This document shows positions 57,657 through 64,000 of a stretch of 64,000 nucleotides of DNA, one piece after another. The first letter of the stretch is position 1. Every line of letters starts with the position of its first letter. Origin of the DNA: Eledone cirrhosa (taxonomy: Eukaryota); contig OZ024745.1 in NCBI GenBank assembly GCA_964016885.1, positions 80,228,001-80,292,000 on the forward strand, written 5' to 3'. The translations under genes were made by a program, and so were the position numbers. Under the pieces are notes generated by a model that worked only from the letters and a program-made list of their open reading frames with translations, was not told where the DNA came from and did no database searches.

Positions 57657-58770
57657 TCATCATCATCATCATCATCATCAACGTTTAACGTCCGTGTTCC
57701 ACGCTTGCATGGGTTTGGACGGGGGTAGTCCCACTTGAGGCAAGAGTGATTGTCTTGCTCGCATAGGACTGTCTGGCAGGTTTTCTACAGTTGGATGCCC
57801 TTCCTAACACCAACCACATTTACAGTGTGGGTCTGGGAGGTTTTTACCGTGTTGCCTACACGGCCACATTACAGCGTGGACTGTGTGTTTTTTTGTCGTG
57901 ACACCTACACGATCTCATTTGTTTCGGCCTCGATGGCGCGGCACCAACATAACTTTACATAGAACGGGGTGGTGTGGATCGGGTGGGGGTGGTGGTGGTG
58001 GGACGGGGTGTATTTTGTTAGAGATGCCTACTGGCTGGAGTAGGTTTTACTATATATTTAGGTAAGGCGGGTCTTCTCTGTTACTGAGTACCGCCAAAGG
58101 TCTCGGTCCAGTGACATTGTCTTGGAGAGGTGTAAGTGTGTGATGTCGGAGTTTATCAGCTCGTCCCAGGTTTTTCTAGGTCTGCCTATTCCGTGACTAC
58201 CGTCTATCTTTATTGCCCTGCACTTTGTTATACAGCTATCGACTTTCATGCGCATCACGTGTCCATACCAACGTAGCCTTCTCTCGAGTAAACAACATCT
58301 GATCCCTCTTATCTCTAATTTTTTCCTTAGTTCGTTTATGCTTTGCCGTTCACGTATATTACTGTTACACATCCAGCGGAGCATGCAAGCTTCGTTCCTC
58401 TCTAGTCTGCGTATATCCTCTGCACACAATGCCCAGGTCTCGCTGCCATGCAGCATTGCTGTTCGTATGCAGGCATCATACAACCTGCCTTTCATTTTTA
58501 GTGAGAACCCTTTAGCAGCTAATAGTGGTATAAGCTCTCTGAACTTTTTCCAACCAGTTCTGACTCTAGCTACAGTACTTTCAGAGCACCCTCCCCCACT
58601 GCTGATTTTATCGCCCAGGTAACGGAAGCTGTCCACTATTTCTATAGAACCCTCTGCGCAATTGAAAGAGCTAGTATTCTGTGGGCACTTGCTGCTACTT
58701 ATTGCACCAGAGCACCGGCCACATGTAAAATCTATGTTCTTAGTTAGCTTACCTGTGATCCCACTACATC
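57657..58770 (-). mobile_element. RTE-type LINE 3' fragment with (GAT)n tail
   Basis: FRYLGD, MLHGSETW, RLRWYGHVMRM, GRPRKTW. Near-identical to 63085-64000. Confidence 0.9.
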
Positions 58771-58860
58771 TTTTATATATTATATATATATATATATTGT
58801 ATATATATATATTATATATAGATATTATATATAGATATAGATATAGTTTTAATATAGATG

Positions 58861-58911
58861 AGATTCTACAGGACTAGAACTGTTTCATTCATTTGAAATC
58901 ATCAGGAATCT
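58861..58911 (-). ncRNA. Type I hammerhead, family D, inside a small fold-back (58845-58998)
   Basis: agattc-CTGATGA-tttc aaat gaat-GAA-acag ttctagtc ctgt-A/gaatct. Confidence 0.8.
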
Positions 58912-59072
58912 CATCTATATTAAAACTGTTATACTCTGCTATGTATTGAGTACCTTACTTACTGTGGTTACCTCCGATTCAACCCGGAATAACGTACATA
59001 GATATAGATATATATATATATATTATATATATATATATTATATATATATTATATTATATATATATATATATG

Positions 59073-60283
59073 TCATCATCATCATCATCATCACCGTTTT
59101 ACGTCCGTTCTTCCACGCTAGCATGGGTTAGACGGGTTGTCCTGTTGTGGGCAGTGTCTGGTCGGCTGACCATGCCTTGCTCATACAGGAACTGATTTGG
59201 CTTGATTTCTACAGCTGGGTGCTTTTTCATGGTGCCTACACGTCCACTTTACAGTGTGGGCTGGATGCTTTTTTGCCGTGGCGCCTCCATGACCACCTTG
59301 CGGTGGGGTGTGTGGGGGCATATTGTCTATATGCTTCAGCTTGTACCCATGGGAGGTCGGATACTCTGTATTACTGCATGACGCCAGTGGTCACGGTCAT
59401 GTGTCATCGCCTTTGAGAGGTATAATTGGGTAAGGTCGGCTTTTATCACCTCATCCCAGGTCATCTTGGGTCTCCCCACTCCGTGGTTTCCATCGACTTC
59501 TAGTGCTCTGCACATTTTTATGCAGCTGTCATCCTTCATACGCATCACATGTCCATACCAGCACAACCGCCCCTCCTGCACACAGCATTTGATTCCTCTT
59601 ATGCTCAGTCTCTCTCTCAATTCATTTATGCTTTGTCGTTGACGTATATTACTGTTACACATCCATCGGAGCATGCAGGCTTCGTTTCTCTCTAATCTAC
59701 GTAAGTCTTCCACCTTCAGCGCCCAGGTCTCACTACCATGCAACATTGCTGTTCGGATACACGCATCATACAGTCTGCCTTTCATTCTGATGGAGAAGCC
59801 TTTTGCAGCTAGCAGTGGTAGTAGTTCCCTAAACTTCTTCGATCCCGTTCTTACCATAGTTATTGTACTTTCTGAACACCCACCTCCGCTGCTAATTCGG
59901 TCACCTAGGTAGCAGAAGCTGTCTATTGTTTCTACAGAGCCCTCTCAGAGATTAGTGGTACTTGTTTCCTGTGGCTGTTTGCTGCTTACTGTCCCAGCAC
60001 AACTGCTGCATGTGAAGCCTACATTCTTAATTAAGCTTCCTGAGATCCCGCTACATCTCTTGTGTACCCATTGTTTGCATTTGGGGCAGAGAATGGAGTT
60101 CCTACCTACACGTTTCCTACATACTGAGCAAGGCCATTTCCCTTAGGGGATCTGGGTTCTGTTTTCTCGTCTACTTACAAGGACCTTAGTCTTTGTCATG
60201 TTGACTTTGAGACCCTTTCTTTCTAGTCCCTGCTTCCAAGTTTGGAATTTATTCTCTAGTTCTACCATAGATTCAGCTATGAT
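59073..60283 (-). mobile_element. RTE-type LINE 3' fragment (second subfamily)
   Basis: ORF 59336-59857 RT C-terminal region. (GAT)n tail at 59073-59092. Confidence 0.9.
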
Positions 60284-60290
60284 TATGTAT

Positions 60291-60322
<32 letters not shown>

Positions 60323-60445
60323 ATATTATATATATATTATTATATATATATATATTTTATATATATATATATATTATATATACATTATATATATATTATA
60401 TATATATATATATTATATATATATATTATATATATATTATATATA

Positions 60446-60972
60446 GGCACCTGTCTTAGTGGTTAGAGCATTGGCCTTGCAATCGAAAGGTTGTGAGTTC
60501 AATTCTCAGACCGGGTGATGTGTTGTTTCCTTGAGCAAGACACTTTATTTCACATTGCTCCAGTTTACTCAGCTGTAGAAATGAGATGATAGGACTGGGG
60601 TCTATATCATTCAACTGCAAAGTGGTCGTGGAGGTACATGGCTTAGTGATTAGAGCATTGGCCTTGCAATCGAAAGGTTGTGAGTTCAATTCTCAGACCG
60701 GGTGATGTGTTGTTTCCTTGAGCAAGAGACTTTATTTCACATTGCTCCAGTTTACTCAGCTGTAGAAATGAGATGATAGGGACTGGGCTCCTTATCATTC
60801 CACTGCAAAGTGGTCGTGGAGGTGTCACGGCAAAAAAGCACCCAGCACTCACTGTAAATGAGGTTGGTGTTAGGAAGGGCATCCAGCTGTAGAAATCAAG
60901 CCAGAATCAGTTCCCGTCCCACCCCTTGCAAGCAGGGAAAAGCGGACGTTATATGATGATGATGATGATGAT
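60446..60972 (+). mobile_element. tRNA-derived SINE with duplicated head (193-bp period) and LINE-derived 3' end plus (GAT)n tail
   Basis: A-box-like TGGCTTAGTGRTTAG and B-box GAGTTCAATTCTC twice. 3' part matches the LINE 3' UTR at 40580-40740. Confidence 0.8.
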
Positions 60973-61101
60973 ATATATATATTATATATATATATATATA
61001 TTATATATATATATAATATATTATATATATATATTATATATATATATATTATATATATATTATATATATATATATATATTATATATATTATATATATATA
61101 T

Positions 61102-61712
61102 ATCATCATCATCATCATCACCAACGTTTAACGTCCGTGTTCCACGCTTGCATGGGTTTTGGACGGGGTTTTCCCACTTGAGGCAAGAGTGATTATCTTG
61201 CTCGCATAGGACTATCTGGCGGGTTTTCTACAGCTGGATGCCCTTCCTAACACCAACCACATTTACAGTGTGGGGCTGGGAGGTATTTACCGTGTTGCCT
61301 ACACGGCCACATTACAGCGAGGACTGTCTGGCGGGTTTTCTACAGCTGGATGCCCTTCCTAACACCAACCACATTTACAGTGTGGGGCTGGGAGGTTTTT
61401 TACCATGTTGCCTACACGGCCACATTACAGCGTGAACTGTGTGTTTTTCTGTCGTGACACCTACACAATCTCATTTGTTTCGGCCTGGATGTTGTGGCAC
61501 CAACATAACTTTCCATAGAAAGGGGCGGTGTGGATGGGGTGGGGGTGGTGGGACGGGGGTGTATTTTGTTAGAGATGCCTACTGACTGTAGTAGGTTTTA
61601 CTTTGTATTTAGGTAAGGCGGGTCTTCTCTATTACTGAGTACCGCCAAAGGTCTCGGTCCAGTGACATTGTAAGTGTGTGAGGTCGGAATTTATCAGCTC
61701 GTCCCAGGTTTT
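61102..61712 (-). mobile_element. RTE-type LINE 3' UTR fragment with internal ~110-bp duplication
   Basis: Matches 57657-58175. 61209-61320 is repeated from 61321. Confidence 0.85.
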
Positions 61713-61769
61713 TATAAGTAATATAGTAATATATATAAGTAATATATAATATAATATATATATATATAA

Positions 61770-64000
61770 GTAAGGTGGAGGAGTCAATTAAAGCCAAAAA
61801 GCAGGCTTGGAAAGTATGACGGGATGGGGGAAGTAGAGAAGACTATCAAGTGGCCAGGAGGGAAGCTAGGAGACAAGTGTACTTTGCAAGAAGGGAAGCA
61901 GAGGAAAGAAAGTTCAAGCATGTTCTACAACGCGAGGACCAAAAACGTGAGGTGTTCAGGATTGCTAGGCAATGTGTCAAGGAAAACCGTGATATTGTCG
62001 GGGAGAAGTGTGTACTTAATGATGATGGTGTACTTGCCATCACTGATGCTGATAAGAAGGTAGCCTGGAAGTGTCACTACGAAAGGCTACTAAATGAGGA
62101 GATTAAATGGGAGAAAGACAGTCTCCCCCACATCGACCCAATAGAGGGACCAGCAGTGTTAATCGAAGGTAGTATAATAAGTAAGGCAACGAAAGATATG
62201 AAGACGGGTAAGGCGGCTGGGCCTTCGGAAATAGTTGCTGAGATGCTGAAAGCCTCTGGAACGGTGGGACACACAATGGTCACCCGGATAGTAAACCAAG
62301 TCATACAGAATGACTGGCGTAGCAGCATCATCATTAACTGCTATAAGGGTAAAGGAGATGCCCTAGATAGGAGTAACTATAGAGGCATTAAATTAATCGA
62401 CCAGGTCATGAAGGTCACACAAAAAGTAATAGCGCAACTAATCAGAGAGAGAATTTATCTAGATGAAATGCAGTTCGGGTTTGTGTCAGGCAAAAGTACC
62501 ACAGACGCTCTTTCATTGTACAACTACAGGAGAAGTACCTAGCTCAAAGTAAACCCCTATACTTAGCTTTTGTCGACTTGGAGAAAGCCTTCGACAGAGT
62601 CCCCCCGTTCCATTATCTGGTGGGCTCTTAGAAAACTAGGTGTTGATGAATGGCTTGTGAGAGCTATACAAGCCATGTATAAAGAAACAGTCAGCAAGGT
62701 TAGAATTAACAACGAATATAGTGAAGAGTTTAGCGTAAAAGTTGGTGCTCATCAGGGCTCTGTTCTTAGCCCCCTACTATTTAATATTGCCCTTCAGGCT
62801 ATAACAGTGGAGTTCAAGACCGGCTGCCCATGGGAACTCCTATATGCAGATGATCTAACGCTCATAGCTGAATCAATGGCCGAACTAGAGAAGAAATTCC
62901 AAACATGGAAGCATGGCCTAGAATCAAAAGGCCTTAAAATTAACCTGTCTAAGACTAAAGTTCTAGTTTGTAGGAAGGAAAATAGGGCGCCGGTCCCATC
63001 CGGGAAATGGCCATGCTCAGTGTGTAGGAAAGGAGTAGGTAGAAACTCCATTTTATGTCCCAAATGCAAAGTATGGGTGCATAAAAGATGTGGTGGGATC
63101 ACAGTAAGCTAACTGAGAACATAGATTTTATATGTGGCCGGTGCTCTGGTGCAATAAGTAGCAGCAAGTGTCCACAGAATACTAGCTCTTTCAATTGAAC
63201 AGATGGTTCTATAGAAATAGTGGACAGCTTCCGTTACCTGGGTGACAAAATCAGCACTGGGGGAGGGTGCTCTGAAAGTACAGTAGCTAGAGTCAGAACT
63301 GGATGGAAAAAGTTCAGAAAGCTTATACCACTATTAGCCGCTAAAGGGTTCTCCCTAAAAATGAAAGTCAGGTTGTATGATGCCTGCATACGAACAGCAA
63401 TGTTGCATGGCAGTGAGACCTGGGCATTGTGTGCAGAGGATATACGCAGACTAGAGAGGATCGAAGCTTGCATGCTCCGCTGGATGTGTAATAGTAATAT
63501 ACGTGAACGGCAAAGTATAAACGAACTAAGGGAAAAATTAGAAATAAGAGGGATCAGATGTTGTTTACTCGAGAGAAGGCTACGTTGGTATGGTCACGTG
63601 ATGCACATGAAAGACGATAGCTGTATAAAAAAGTGCAGGGCAATAAAAATAGACGGTAGCCACGGAGTAGGCAGACCCAGAAAAACCTGGGACGACTTGA
63701 TAAATTCCGACCTCACACACTTACACCTCTCCAAGACAATGTCACTGAACTGAGATCTTTGGCGCTACACAGTAATAGAGAAGACCCGCCTTACCTAAAT
63801 ACAAAGTAAAACCTACTACACTCAGTAGGCACTTCTAACAAAATACACCCCCGTCCCACTACCTCCATCCCATCCACACCACCCCTTTCAATGTAAAGTT
63901 ATGTTGGTACAACAAAATCCAGGCCGAAACAAATGAGGTCGTGTAGGTGTCACGACAAAAAAACACACAGTCCACGCTGTAATGTGGCCGTGTAGGTAAC
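61770..64000 (+). mobile_element. 5'-truncated, frameshifted RTE-type LINE (RT with embedded Cys/His finger), runs off window
   Basis: GKAAGPS, KGKGDALDRSNYRGIKL, QFGF, FVDLEKAFD, HQGSVLSPLLF, LLYADD, CSVC..CPKC..HKRC..CGRC, FRYLGD. Confidence 0.92.

Noticed and set aside
60446-60530. tRNA gene
   Set aside because: A/B boxes are present but there is no full cloverleaf, and it runs into SINE body sequence.

Overview
Extremely AT-rich, repeat-saturated animal genomic DNA with no recognisable host gene. The SINE and LINE types suggest a coleoid cephalopod such as an octopus (inference only). Almost everything is a retroelement inserted into (TA)n tracts: five Penelope-like elements (RT with YRDD plus GIY-YIG, Naiad-like) with direct and inverted pseudo-LTRs, RTE-type LINE fragments, tRNA-derived SINEs and two non-autonomous Helitrons. 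Two unusual things stand out. (1) About 37 type I hammerhead ribozyme motifs from about 13 different sequence families, read by eye and several supported by compensatory changes. They include a 317-bp near-identical tandem array whose unit carries a U3-A8 core variant (retrozyme-like) and other non-coding 550-660 bp ribozyme units with PLE-style inversions. (2) A likely genomic fossil of A-to-I RNA hyper-editing. A ~530-nt hairpin has 22 arm mismatches that are all G.U, sibling retrocopies carry clustered sense-strand A>G changes, and the (TA)n-derived (T-purine)n tracts carry G on the retroelement sense strand. All structures and coordinates were derived manually and ends are approximate.
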